Below the pieces are notes generated by a model. That model ran no database searches and was not told the DNA's origin. It was given only the letters and a program-made list of their open reading frames with translations. Source: Somniosus microcephalus (Eukaryota). Taken from it: a DNA stretch of 64,000 nt. A program made the position numbers and the translations under genes. Numbering within the stretch: position 1 is the first letter of the stretch; the number at the start of each line of letters is the position of its first letter. Shown one piece after another: positions 39,237 to 52,123 of this stretch. Where the stretch lies: the NCBI GenBank assembly GCA_052327205.1, contig CM126220.1, positions 10,974,001-11,038,000 on the forward strand. Direction: 5' to 3'.

Positions 39237-39390
39237 CAATGTTCCCTCTAACTTTTCTTGGCCCACGCAGCCCCTTTAACGGGCCATTCAAAATTCCACG
39301 CATGCGTCGTTTTTCTATTTAAAAGCCAGGTCTCTGGCTGCACAGGACCTTCAGAGCGCTGCGCGAGTGCACAGCTTAAAGGTAACATTG
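39237..39390. mobile_element. MITE with CAATGTTCCCTCTAA-type TIRs (probably hAT)
   Basis: CAATGTTCCCTCTAA … TTAAAGGTAACATTG; related copy at 40997-41166. Confidence 0.6.
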
Positions 39391-39647
39391 CATGAGTATA
39401 GTACTGTATGTATCTTTTTGAACCATAGCACTGAAGTGAAAATTTTGAAGTCAAACTATATCCTTTCCCGTTTTGCCAGTTTTAAAGTCTAGTTACTGCC
39501 TCTTTCATTTGTCAGTCAAATCCTGAGATACAATCTAGGGGGAAAAAACAGATTTCCATTTATATAGCGCCTTCCATGTCCAAAGCATTTACAAACAATT
39601 AAATAATCTTGGAAATGTAGTCACTGTTTTGTAGGCAAATCCTACTG

Positions 39648-39790
39648 CCCTAGTTCTATACAGAGATTGCCTTAGTCTACGACAGCCCTAGTTCTGTACT
39701 AAGATGGTCATGGTCTGCCACTATAGCACTAGTACTGTACTGAGACTGCTTTATTCAACAACTACAGCCCTAGTTCTATAGTGAGGCTGC
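39648..39790. repeat. Degenerate tandem repeat, about 40-bp unit, about 4 copies
   Basis: C(C/A)CTAGT(T/A)CT(A/G)TA recurs at 39648, 39687, 39728 and 39768. Confidence 0.65.
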
Positions 39791-40996
39791 TTCAGAACCA
39801 CAGGTCTTGCCCCACTGCATCACCGCCCCCCTGCCCTGAGAAGTAACTGATGATTCCATGAGAGGCCCCAGAAGGACATGTACCTTACGTTCTGCATACC
39901 TCTTCATTATGTAACACCTGCCTGTGTGGCAATAAATAAGCAATTGTAAAAGTAATTTCAAAGTTTCAAACTTGTTCAAACATCTTTTACGGGCCTAATA
40001 ATGAAATGAATAGAATGTTTTTTTTAATTAAATAAGAAAAGCAGGGCTCAACCCGTGCCAGGGCATAATTCAGATAATTGAAGAAACGTAAGGTTTAACA
40101 TTCAAAGTACTGCTCTTGGGTCTTACCATGGACACGGACTCTTTTCTGTAGAGATGTCAATGTACAGTCCATCACTTTTGTTGTTTTTAACTGTTAAGGT
40201 CACTGAAAAATAAATGTTAGAAGCTTAAGTATACATTGTGGACATTGTCAGAATAATGCAAACTAGCACAGTGAAATGTTAGAATGCATTTGCTGATTGA
40301 TAAAGGAGCTACAATGACACTCAGAAGATTTATCCTGGTCAGCTGTGGCTGCCAGTGATTTTCTTGCACCTTTCTGCTGTGCCCTGTAGCAGAGCATGTC
40401 GACAGTTTCACAATTTATTGCCATTTGTTAAAGGTGAGATTGCACATATATAGTTCAGTGACAATGTAGATTGTGAGGCACTATTTGTCTGTATTTCAGC
40501 AGTAATGATTCGTAGAAGGTTTGGCAAAAGGTTGGAGAAAATAAAGTTTACAGCATTAAAATTACATTAATATTCGAACACCACATGTACTTGTCTAAAT
40601 CTCTGTTTATACAGTTTTTTAATTAAAATTAATTTAAGATGTACTGTACTAAATTAAGCAGCTCTATGTAATCAATGCAATTTAAGATCATTCTAATTGA
40701 ATTCTGCTTCTGTTACTGACTTCGTTTTCCACTTTGTAGCGGAGCCAAATTTTTAACTCGTGTACAATAAACAATCTGTGAATGCAGTGCATTTATCCTA
40801 TAATTCAGTAGTGTCACAGTAAATTAAAAATCACTATGAGAGCGCCATGATGGCTCCATTGGTAAATACTGCACAGTGTGGAACTGAGCCGTGACCGTTC
40901 AATTCCTAATCCAAGCTATATTACCTAGGGAAGGAAAAAGCTCAGGACTAAGACTACGTTTATCTCATAGAGGTTGATCCAAACTACTGAAGACGA

Positions 40997-41166
40997 ATGT
41001 TCCCTCTGAGCTGCGCGCGTGCACGGCCGCACAGCAATCTGGCAGGTACCGCGCAGGCTGCTCACAAGTTGTTCCCGCTGAGATACCGCGTGTGTGTGGC
41101 CGGGCAGCAAAGTTAAACATTGAAATATACAAGCCATGTGCAACAAGGAAAATTCAGAGGAACATC
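40997..41166. mobile_element. MITE with ATGTTCCCTCTGA TIRs
   Basis: ATGTTCCCTCTGA … TCAGAGGGAACAT is a perfect 13-bp inverted pair; CpG-rich interior related to 39237-39390. Confidence 0.65.
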
Positions 41167-41282
41167 GCTCAATTCACAGGTAACACATGGTCTTGAGCAG
41201 AGTAAAGTGTAGTGGTTGGAATTAATATTGGGGAACAAAATAGTAAGGGGAAAAAAGTGTAAATGGACATTGACTATAATTA

Positions 41283-41955
41283 ATATAGTTAATAAGGCCA
41301 TAAAAAAGAAAACAAAGCACTGGGATTCATTTCTAGAGGGATAGAATTGAAAAGCAGAGAAGTGATAAACTTGTATAGAACCTTGGTTAGACCACACAGA
41401 GTACTGTGCACAGCTCTGGTCTCCATACTACAAAAAGGATATAGAGGCACTGGAGAGGGTGCAAAAAAGATTTACTAGGATGATACCAGAACTGAGAGGT
41501 TATACCTATCAGGAAAGATTGAACAGGTTGGGGCTTTTTTCTCTAGAAAAGAGAAGGCTGAGGGGTGACCTGATCGTGGTCTTTAAGATTATGAAGGGGT
41601 TTGATAGGGTAAACGTAGAGAAGATGTTTCCACTTGTGGGCGAGATCAGATCTAGAGGCCATAAATATAAGAGAGTCACTAATAAATCCAATCGGGAATT
41701 CAGGAGAAACTTCTTTACCCAGAGAGTGGTGAGAATGTGGAACTCGCTACCACAGGGAGTAGTTGAGGCGAATAGTATAGATACATTTAAGGGAGGCTAG
41801 ATAAACACATGAGGGAGAAAGGAATAGAAGGATACATTGATGGGGTGAGATGAAGAGGGGTGGGAGGAAGTTTGTGTGGAGCATAAACACCGGCATAGAC
41901 CAGTTGGGCCGACTGGCCTGTTTCTGTGCTGTAAATACTATGTAATATATGTAAT
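41283..41955 (+). mobile_element. CR1 LINE 3' fragment
   Basis: ORF 41459-41800 QKRFTRMIPELRG…RRNFFTQRVVRMWNSLPQ; same subfamily as the host of the 51.5-kb insertion. Confidence 0.93.
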
Positions 41956-43837
41956 AACTTCAGTGAGCTGTTGAGTAACAAGTATAACAAATATTGGCAT
42001 CTTTTGCAGTGTATGTTAATGGAATTTGATGTTATATTGTGAAATAATTCAGCATTATGCTGCTATGCAGAACCTCATTAACAAACATGTGATTGAAGCT
42101 TTATAGTGCAGATTTAGCTGTTTTATAATTAAATAAAATAGACACATTAGTTCCATGCCTGAATTTTCTGGAATGGAACAGATGCAGAAATTAGTGGCTA
42201 ATTAGTACAGATAGTAGGGAAGATAACTAGAATGGCTTATTTGCTCAGCGTGATTTTTACAGTATAATTGTTACAACATAAAGTGATTTGTTGCACAATA
42301 CTTGATAAACCTTAATCCTCACCAATCAAATGAAACTGCAGCGTACGAGACTGTTGGTGAGTTGTAATGTCGATCATTCCGTTTTATGTTCTATTCAAAT
42401 CTGAAGGTAATGGTTCATTGTAGGCCTTTTGCCAATTTATTGCAATAGGTAATTCAACAGAAATTTAAACGAGTGGCTTTGTCATCTCACTGGCCACTAT
42501 GCTCTGGCAAAACAGTACAAAATCTACAACAAGAAGAAGTTTCATTTATATAGCGCCTTTAACGTAGTAAAACATCCCACGGCATTTGCATATACAGTAT
42601 ATGGTACACCAAACATTATATTGTGTAGTAGATAAAATATCATGGCATTAAGATGTCATAAACATACTGCAACTTTCCTTTCACAAATGTAGCACATTTT
42701 CCTGTATTGAGCTGTTGAAAAGTCCCTGTAATACAGTATGATAGAGGTATGAGGTGCCTCATGAACTCACATATAGTCAGTTCTCTCACTACCCTCTTTA
42801 CTTTTATTTATGTTACAGTAGCTCTACTTTACTCAACTTATCATATGGAAGAAAATAAACCATTAAAAACATTTAATTACTTACTCTAACACAAAACATA
42901 ACAAAATCTAGTAATAAGTTCAGCACAACAATTGAAACACCGCGTCCTGCTGACGTTCATAAATGGACTGCCTTTTGCCCTCGTACTTTATGACATCAGA
43001 ACCATTCAATTAAATTACTGCTCTGCAACATGCTGCCAGACCGCCATTATCCTTTATGTGGATACATTTGATTTGGTTATTCAGATCCTGTTCTACAGAA
43101 TACTAGTGACGATATTGCAGTAAAACAAAAGATCTTTAGTTTATTAGCTAGGCAGCTGACATATGCATTGACTGCAAAGAACATGATCCAAACGAGCTGG
43201 AACTCAATCGGCAGGTTAGCGCAACTTTGCGTGAAACCGAACGAGCACTCAACCAGGATGCCACACCACTGTTATGATCATTTAATGTCTCCAATGAGTT
43301 TATTAATTGTTTCAATAATTAACAATGTTCAATCACCAAAATAATATGTTGGTACACCCATGTTCAATGATTATACACAAACTTGAATAAAGACAACAGT
43401 TCAAATGCAGTATATTTAAGGATGACTCTATAATGGCCTTGTACACGGATATTCATGGAAAAATAGTCCCGCTGAACAGGCCACCATCTATCTGGCATTT
43501 GGCTGCCAGGCAGGGGAACTTGGTCTTTATTCCCAGCACTCTTTGCTGTTAATTGGTTTTAGTGGCCCAATGGTGGGGTATGGTGGAGAGGGTAAGGGTG
43601 GCGCTGAGATATTAATTTTTTTGCTCCCAGCATTGAAAGGTCACGCCCTACTGCACAGTGTGACATTTCTTTTCCATTTCCCACACGAGCCATCCTGTGG
43701 CATCTCTGTGATATTACCAATTAGTGCTGAATTAGGAGGAGGTTCATGCGGTAGGCCTATGCCTGAATTGAGTCTGCCCAAACTCAATTTCTATAGAACC
43801 GTTAAGCCAGCAGAGAGAAAAGACTTTTGTCCCATTA

Positions 43838-44935
43838 CATAGGATTATGTAGGATATACGGCACAGAAACAGGCTATTCGGCCCAACCAGTCCATGCCGG
43901 TGTTTATGCTCCACTCGAGCCTCCTCCCGTCTTTCCTCAGCATAACCCTCTATTCCCTTCTCCCTCATGTGCTTGTCTAGCCTCCCCTTAAATGTATTTA
44001 TACTATTTCCTCAACCACTCCCTGTGGTAGCGAGTTCCACATTCTCACCACCCTCTGAGTAAAGAAGTTTCTTCTGAATTCCCTATTGGATTTCTTGGTG
44101 ACTCTCTTATATTGATGGCCTCTAGTTATACTCTTCCCCACAAGTGGAAACATTCTCTCTCTATCCACTCTATCAAAGCCTTTCATAATTTTAAAGACCT
44201 CTGTTAGGTAACTCCTCAGTCTTTTTTTCAAGAGAAAAGAGACCCAGCCTGTTCATCCTTTCCTGATAGATATACCCTCGCATTTCTGGTATCATCCTTG
44301 TAAATCTTCTCTGCCTCTCCAGTGCCTCTATATCCTTTTTATAATATGGCGACCAGAACTGTACGCAGTACTCCAAGTGTGGTCTAACCAAGGTTCGATA
44401 CAGGTTTAGCATGACTTCCCTACTTTTCAATTCTATACCTCTAGAAATAAACCCTAATGCTTGTTTTTTTTTGTGGCCTTGCTAACCTGTGTCGCTACGT
44501 TTAGTGATTTGTGTATTTGTACTCCGAGATCCCTTTGTTCCTCTACCGCACCTAGACTCACACCCTCCAAGTAATAAGTGACCTCCCTATTCTTCCTACC
44601 AAAATGTAATACCTCACATTTATCTGTGTTGAACTTCATTTGCCAATTATCTGCCCATTCTGCAAGTTTATTAATGTCCTCCTGTAATTAGTTGCAGTCC
44701 TCCTCAATATTGACTCCCCCCCCCCCCCCCCCCCACAAAATTTGGTGTTATCTGTAAATTTAGAAATTGTTTTTGATTCCAAAGTCTAAACTGTTAATGT
44801 AAATTGTGAACAGCAGTGGCCCCAGCACTGATCCTTGTGGAACACCACTACCCACCTTCTGCCACTGTGAATAGCCACCTTTTACTCCTACTCTCTGCTT
44901 TCTGTCTTGAAGCCAGCTAGCTATCCATTCTGCTA
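43838..44935 (-). mobile_element. CR1 LINE 3' fragment (1.1 kb) inserted in an LF-SINE-like repeat
   Basis: Minus-strand ORFs 44454-44639, 44191-44430 and 43998-44231 (KFNTDKCEVLHFG…LYRTLVRPHLEYCVQFW…). Confidence 0.93.
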
Positions 44936-45069
44936 GCTAGATTGGAAACCAGGTCCTAGAGGTGAAAGGCCAGTGTTTAACCTACTGCACCACTCAGTTT
45001 TCCCTGTGCAAAGTTTAAAAAAATAGATTTTCTGGCTTTGCTAATACCTCATTTAGCAAATGGACTACC

Positions 45070-45380
45070 TAGTGTGAGACAGGCTGATGGTTTCTGGTTT
45101 GCTCTCAGTGCTGAGTTAGCTGATCTGCAGCACTATAATTGATGTCAGCAATCCTGAGCTAAGGTTTCTTCTCAGCATTATACAGTGACCCCTGCTATAA
45201 ATTGTGCATGTGGACATCAGATAAGGACAGAATCGTTATGTCTTTATGGTTGAACTTACCCTAACTGCCTTACGCATGAGGCGATGTGAGGGTAATTGGC
45301 ACATATGGAACTACGCCTCAGTTTGAGTAAGTGCTTTCAGAAGAGATGGGGAGTAAGTGGAGGGAAGAAACAGAAAAAGA
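45070..45380 (+). mobile_element. Old SINE-like repeat (GAGTTAGCT core family)
   Basis: GTGCTGAGTTAGCTGATCT core plus downstream family motifs. Confidence 0.5.
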
Positions 45381-47054
45381 ATTAGAAACTAATTCATCTC
45401 GCATGGCATTCCACACAGGAAGTCAACACCAAATGTAATCTTCCGGTGAAGTGGGGTTAGAAGGTGGGCGATAATTGGAACAGGGTGTGCAGGTGTAACT
45501 CTCAATTTTTTCTCATTTTTCTGCAATACTTTAATTTTATATTATTATTTAGATTAAATGACTTAACAAGAATTTGGTAAGCAGAGAATTAGAGTTGGTT
45601 GGAGCATCGGGGTTTCTCTGTACAACAGGTTGAGGAGCTGGGAGACGCAAAACTGAGGTACTGCAGTGCTCCACTGGTGGGAGGTGGTAATTACAGCATA
45701 ACAACTTTGCATAGGCGGTTTCCATTGTAAATGGGGGGGACATAGGAATTTATCATGGCAAAATTAACAGGAAGTGCATGCAGATGTAAGAATTTTAATA
45801 TAGATGTAGAGGCAGCATTTTTATACAAATAATGTGGGATACGAATTATTCTAGAGGTACTCCTTTAAAGAGGAAGCCTAATTTAAGACAGGAATTTCAG
45901 AAATACATTTTAGTGGGATCCACTGCGCTTAAAAAGTCTCTTGTTCACAACTATTTTACTTTCGATCACAGTGCCATATTTTAGCTAGTTTAATATACTT
46001 GTTTATGCTCAAACCCACATTAGAACCTATATCTGAGCACTCAGCAGCCTCCTGTATTTAAACTTCCCCCACTATATTGCATAGTACTCCTGTCTTTCTG
46101 CCTCTGGTCAGTACCAAAGGTCCTGTATGCCAGTGATGAATCTTTACCTATTGAGAACACAACCGACTTATGATGTTGTACAGCTTTGACAGCAGTATTT
46201 AATCACACCGTTCTGTGTTGCCTAACGAAAATCAGTATACTTTATTGGAACAGCTCATTACAACCCTTGGACAGCAATTACAAGACTTCCTTCCACAACA
46301 ACATAGCATATGTAGCGTATCAAACCACAGAACAAAAAAACAGCCATAACCGTCCATTCAATCTTCTTCCATTTACAAGTTGTTGTGATTGAGCAGTAGT
46401 AATCAGGTGCTATGTGAGCAGTCTGTTGGCTTTATATTTCTATAGGTTCAAGCTAAAGAAACAGCGTACATTTTCATTTCAATGTCTGATGTGATCAGAA
46501 TTGTGCAGTTACTTGAAAGTGACAGAGAAACTGGTTTTGAGTCCTGACTGACACCTTTGAGTAGATTTGCAGGTTCAGAAGCAGATTAACTAGTTAATTA
46601 TCTCATTTGCTGTTTGTGGGACCTTGCTGTGCATAATTGGCTGCAAAGTTTGCCTACATAACAAGAGTGACTACATTTTAATAGTAATTCTCTGGGTGAG
46701 GACGTGGAAGGCACTATATAAGTGCAAGTTTGTTCTTATCGCTCTCGGCTAGATTCAAACCGTGGTTTTTGGAAGCAAAAGGAGGTTGCTAACTGCGATG
46801 CCAGGTTCCATAGCGGAGATAAATAAGCAGTACAAACCCATTGCCCCGATGGTGTTCACAACAGTTTGAGATTTTGCTTCTGGGATGTATATTTTTCCCT
46901 GGTGTTCTGATTACCACAAACATCTCCATTGGGGTTCTGGCATCAAAGTACTTTCCTTTACAACACAGTACTTCACAACAGAGCAATATTGCTTACCTTG
47001 CCTTCTGCAACTGTTGGATATAATTATAAAGTAAATTTTACTTAGATTCTCTAT

Positions 47055-47871
47055 AGGGAATTTTATCAATGGGGGCGCGTTGGAGGCGGGACTGCTGCTT
47101 GTTGGGTTTTAGTCCCGCCTCCATCGACGTCTGGCCAACCCACGCTATTTTCCCTTGATTGACCTTGTTAAGCCCGCCCTGCGGGTTTAGCAGGCCAATT
47201 AAGGGAAAGCCAGTGACCGAGAATGTCAGCGTATGACGTTTCATCTGTCAGACATTTTTGATAGATGAATTGTCATCGTTTGACAAACACTGACAATCTC
47301 TGTTGTTTGGTGAGTTCTTGTACTCAAGACTCACCAAACCTATTTCCTGAGTAGAAAGCAGATGGCTGTTGCATCGGAGAATCCAGCAGCCATTCTGTCA
47401 TCTCTGCCGTGGAGATGCCGGAGCCGCCGGATCCCCAACGATTGAAGCCTGCAGGAAGAAACAAAGGTAAGGAAACTTTTTCTAACACTTTTCACTCACC
47501 TCCCATACTTACCTCTCTACACTTGCACCCATCACTTACCTCCACAGTGCACATTTCGACCCCGCTCACCCCCCCGCAGACCCACTGCTTGCCTCGCTGA
47601 CCTTGGCGGGGTTTCCCGACGTCGGGAAGCCCGCACTTCTGTTGGAAAAATGGGGATAATCCTCTTAATTGCCTGTTAACAGGCAGTTAAGTGACTGTAA
47701 TCCCCTTCCCGCCTCGAGGAGACAGGACCCGGCACCGGTCGGGTACCCGCCTCCTGGGAAGATGGCACGGAGGCAGGTTGGGGACAGGTTCGGGACCCGC
47801 TCCCAGTTTCTGCCATTTTCCCAGCAGTCCCACCTCCCAACCTGCCTCCCCAGGGCTGTCAAAATTGCCCC
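47055..47871. mobile_element. Non-autonomous Harbinger-like DNA element
   Basis: GC/CpG-rich ends; the right terminus is …GTCAAAATTGCCCC, the left end resembles the reverse complement of 36960-37130, and there is a palindrome TTAATTGCCTGTTAACAGGCAGTTAA at 47665-47690. Confidence 0.55.
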
Positions 47872-49959
47872 CTCTATTTTTCCTTTTATTGTAAACCATT
47901 AGATTTAAAAAATATTAAGTCTCAAGTGTCTGTATAGATGTGAAAGGCTTCAGAACTTAACTTTTATGTAGTTAGGCAACTGTGTGGTAATTTTGGCATT
48001 GTACTCTTACTGAAAATTAAATACAGAATGATTCATCAAATAAATGCATATTCCAGAGTTACAAAAAATCAAATTCAAGATCTTTGCCCAATATTCAATT
48101 ATAATTTTATATTTTTAATTTAAAGCGATGTGATTATTCAAAAGTGAATTCATGACGCATCACAAATCTGAAATTAGTTTCAATGGTGGACCACATAACA
48201 CTAAATATTAACTGAACGATTCTAAGTAATTCAGCATACCTCCGTTTCTATGGTGCTGGTGCGTTATAGGTTAAAATAGATGATATTTGAAGGTGGAATG
48301 TAGGATCTTCACATGATGTACTTGGCGAGCAATCCATTTTCTCACTATTATCATCCAAACGATCTGTGTTTGCAGTAACCAAAGGTCGTCATGCATGAGT
48401 TAGGTCTGATGACAACTGTGTTTGAGCAGTAGGGAGAAAAATGAAGCGTCAAAGAGATATCTGACAGTCTAAACACAACCACCACAGCGTTCATGTTGGT
48501 TTAAAATGCTTCTACCGCAAGTTTTTCAAGCCAGGGTTATAAGAGGACTACTCAAAAATATATTACATGCACTTAATGGGTAAATTGATGTATTTGAGGA
48601 GGGGGGAGGCTTTTGGGGAGGGAAGATGACAGCTGATTCAAATTTTAGGAAGCAATTTGTCTCTTGTACATCACAAGTGAAATATAAGAAAAGGTGTCAT
48701 GACCAAAATATCCTAAGTAAGGAGTTTGGAAATATATGGAAGTCATTTACAGCAAGACTGTAAAAGCATCAAAGGGTTTGATTGCCAGTTGTCTGTGTAT
48801 TACAACCAGTCAACACAGGGAATAGATCTTTACAACTCTTTTTAAAGGTAAATGATGTTTGTAACCTTTGTAAACTATTTAACAAGACATTTTAACAAAA
48901 TTACTAGCTTTTAATTGTGCCAGTTAAAAAAAAATCTAATATTGTTAAGTTAGATCCCAAAACAATGCCATTAACACACTCATCATTAATAGTTTTTTCT
49001 TCCAGGGAATTATAAGATGCTTTGGCAGAAAATTTCAGCTTTTTATATAATGTGAGAAATAGAATCTCAACAGAGATTTTTTTTGAGGGGAGGAGGTCTT
49101 GTCTCAGGCCAAAACTGGTCTAACAATCTGACAACAGCGACCCTCCTGGATCTTTTTATCCTTGAATGCATCAGGCAGAATCAATCAATCAGTCTGAATA
49201 CTTAGCAGCTTAAGGATTCAATGCTGCATTCAGAGGCACACAGCTTTTTGAGGCTGCCTTTATATTGCCACTTTTACATCAATGCAAAATAGTTTAGGGA
49301 GCACATGAACACATTTGGAAGTATAAGTCAGAAGACTACTGAGCACATTAAACCCTGGTGGTATGGAAATTCCTCCTGGATGCCATCTCACCAATTTGAA
49401 TGCCCAAAACATGCAGCATAAATCCAACCATGGTGTTTATTTGTGCAGTTAAAGTCTTGTTAATGTTGCTGTTCTGTTTCCATTACTGACAGAAAACAGT
49501 TTAGACTTTGTTGATCTTTATGGAAGGACTTGCATACGCTCCATCTCTGCATTAAAAGAAAGGTGTGATCATGCTAAGTTCTCTTGCAAAACAGTTTGCA
49601 ACCTTTACTCATATTTCTTAGTATTGTGCAGTGACGTCATTGCATCACCAGCTCCCGACAGCTCTGTGGCTAAACATTGATTCAAACTTTTGGAAGTATT
49701 TACTGAGAGTGAATGAGCGGCTTATGCTCAAAGTAAGTGTTAAAGCACCATCCAAATTCCTAGTGAAGAGATACTTAATTGAGATATCAAAGAACTACAA
49801 TATTCCATAGGAGCCTGATTCTGTTGGTTTGGACCAAAATAAAACGTGTAAACAACAGTATTTAAATCCGTGCCAGTACTTAGAGTATCCAGAATGCAGA
49901 CTCTGCAAATTCTGGCATTGTGAGCAAAATGCAGAACTGGGAGGGAGCACTTTCCTAAT

Positions 49960-50320
49960 GTCACAACGACCGAGTGCACTACACTACATATACATTCAGA
50001 CCAGGATGTTTCCTAATGCAATTTCTTGCCCAGACTGAGTTAGCTGATCTGAGCTGTGGCTGGGGAGATGGCAATGGTCATGCTGCTGCAGTTGGCCTCC
50101 GTGTTCCCCAGTCAGGAAAACAAAAAGCAATCACCCAGTATTTCCTCTGCTCATCGCTGACTAATGGCATCTGCTGGAGAGTACACGTGAGGGGATAGCA
50201 TTGGGCTCAGCTGTGATGGTGATTCTCAATGTCTAGGTTTCCGCGTGAAGAACTCTCATTTGTGCCAACGTACTGGAAGGATGTCCATGTCTCAGCTTGA
50301 GCCACAGCCTTCAGGAGAGG
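49960..50320 (+). mobile_element. Old SINE-like repeat (GAGTTAGCT core family)
   Basis: CTGAGTTAGCTGATCTGAGCTG core and family tail GCCTTCAGGAGAGG. Confidence 0.55.
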
Positions 50321-51560
50321 GTCGGGCACAAACAAAATTCACCGTCAATAAACACTTTAATATCATAATTACTAAAGTTTTCAGTAGCTATGTGACCAAC
50401 AGTTAGAACTGTGGGGTTAGAACATATTAGTTGGAATATCATGGCCCTTAAATTCCTGGCCTTGGGAGGGCAGAACTGGGGCATACACAGGGTGTGGGAG
50501 GCCAGATTCCTGCCAGTTGCACCTGTCTTGTGACCAACCTAAAGTATGATGCAGGCATACTTATCGTAGAAAGGTGAAACTGGGGCCCACAATGCCATTT
50601 CCCAGGAGCACCAGGAGATTTAAGGTGTTATTTTTTTTTTTAATGTTCAGCTGCAATGTCCCAGCCCTCGACAGAGCAGAAAAAGTGTTGCAACAATACT
50701 TCTGGCCGCCCATAGGCAGGCACAGAGGGAGCACCATAAATGGCACCGATATCCACCCCCTAAACAACCCCATCCCCGGGATTTGCAACTCGTGGGTATT
50801 TTGCGAGCCCTAGCAATCTGCCTCACGAAGCACAAATAACACAGTTCTACCTGTGCTAGTATTTCCTTGCTTGTTGGTTTGTCCTGTTTGAACTTCATGG
50901 ACCTGGACTTTTGCAAAGGGCTGTTCTTAATGCTATTTGCTCATTGATGGATAAATCCTAAATCCTGAATCTGAATGCCAGGTATCAGCAGCTTCAGATG
51001 TATGCAGATTAATGAGAACATGGATTTAAACTTCACATGTTCCTGAGTTACGGTTATCAAACCATAAACCAAAAGCAGTTCATGGTTAGTCGTTCTGATG
51101 CTCATCCACCGTAGCAGTGTTTCTGTCCACTGCTTCACATTGTCTGTGTTGTGTTCCAGACTATCCATGGTCTCCCCCTTGTTTCCTGATTTTTCTTTTG
51201 AGCTGTTATACTGCTCAAGATTGCAAGAAAATTATGGGGCTAATTTAGAATTGATCTAACCCCAGCATCCAAAATACTACTTATTCACAGATTAAAAAAT
51301 AATTATAACTTTAGCCAATAGATTAATTTTTATAAACAAACAAAAAAAATGAGTACAGTAATGGGGGTTTGGCTGCTTGTTGTATTCTATTTATAACCAT
51401 CAGGAAAGACTGAACAGACTGAGGCTCTTTTCGCTTTTTTAGAAAACGGCTGAGGGGTGACCTAATAGAGTTCTTTAAAAATATGACGGTGTTTTATAGG
51501 GTAGACCTAGCAAAGACGTTTCCACGTGCGGGGGAGTCCAGAACTCGGTGCCATAAATAT

Positions 51561-51588
51561 GGCGGGAGTAACTATGACTCTCTTAAGG
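51561..51588 (+). rRNA. 28-nt fragment of 28S rRNA immediately upstream of the R2 insertion site (not a functional rRNA gene)
   Basis: GGCGGGAGTAACTATGACTCTCTTAAGG is the conserved eukaryotic LSU sequence that normally continues TAGCCAAATGCC. Confidence 0.95.
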
Positions 51589-51874
51589 TGGCCTGGGCTG
51601 GTGAGCTCTCGCAGTTCTACTTTGCGGGTGACTCCCGCGTGGCTTTGGTGAGAGCCCGCTCGGTATTTTGCTGGATTGAGTACTCCCTCATGCTTCCTTG
51701 AGTTGGTCTATCTGTGACTTCTTTAGGCGTTGCAGGGTAATTTCCCTCCCCCCGCGACTCCTGAGAAGTATCCAAGGTTACTAGTAACAGCGAGAATCTG
51801 GGGCTCTATATCGCTGCGAGTTGTACCTCCTAGTGGTCCCGCTGGGCAACACTTAGGTGTTGGCTGAAGCAACT
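51561..51874 (+). ncRNA. HDV-like self-cleaving ribozyme (R2 5' ribozyme), unit 1, apparently intact
   Basis: P1 GGCGGG(51561-66)/CCCGCT(51838-43) with G1.U wobble; P2 AGTTGT(51819-24)/GCAACT(51869-74); P3 ACC/GGT; L3 TCCTAGT; P1.1 CC/GG(51844-45); P4 CAACAC-TTAG-GTGTTG; J4/2 G-C51864-TGAA. Confidence 0.92.
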
Positions 51875-51895
51875 GGCCGAGAACCTCACTTTTTA

Positions 51896-52102
51896 GGTGG
51901 GAAGCAACCAAACCTCTCAACCTCTTCGGAAGTAGAGTGCCGGACCTTCGAGGACCTTTGAGGATCTCAGACCGGTTAGTCCACCGAATGTTGAGAGCCG
52001 CGGTTCGCAACCGTAGCTGCGGTAATCTTGCAGAGCTCTACGCCGCAGTGAGTCGTACCTCTGGGGTCCCACCGGCGGCCTGTGAGGGCAGTTAAACCGA
52101 CT
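51896..52102 (+). ncRNA. HDV-like fold, unit 2 (probably catalytically dead)
   Basis: P1 GGTGGG(51896-901)/CCCACC(52068-73); P2 AGTCG/CGACT; P3 ACC/GGT; GG; P4 GCCT-GTGA-GGGC. L3 is shortened (TCTGG) and T52092 sits at the catalytic-C position. Confidence 0.7.
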
Positions 52103-52123
52103 GGCCGAGAACTCTGCTAAATA

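Noticed and set aside
39648-39790. CRISPR-like array
   Set aside because: Eukaryotic context; the units are degenerate tandem copies without unique spacers.
51561-51594. rRNA gene or rDNA pseudogene
   Set aside because: Only 28-29 nt match 28S; the rest is unrelated to rRNA.
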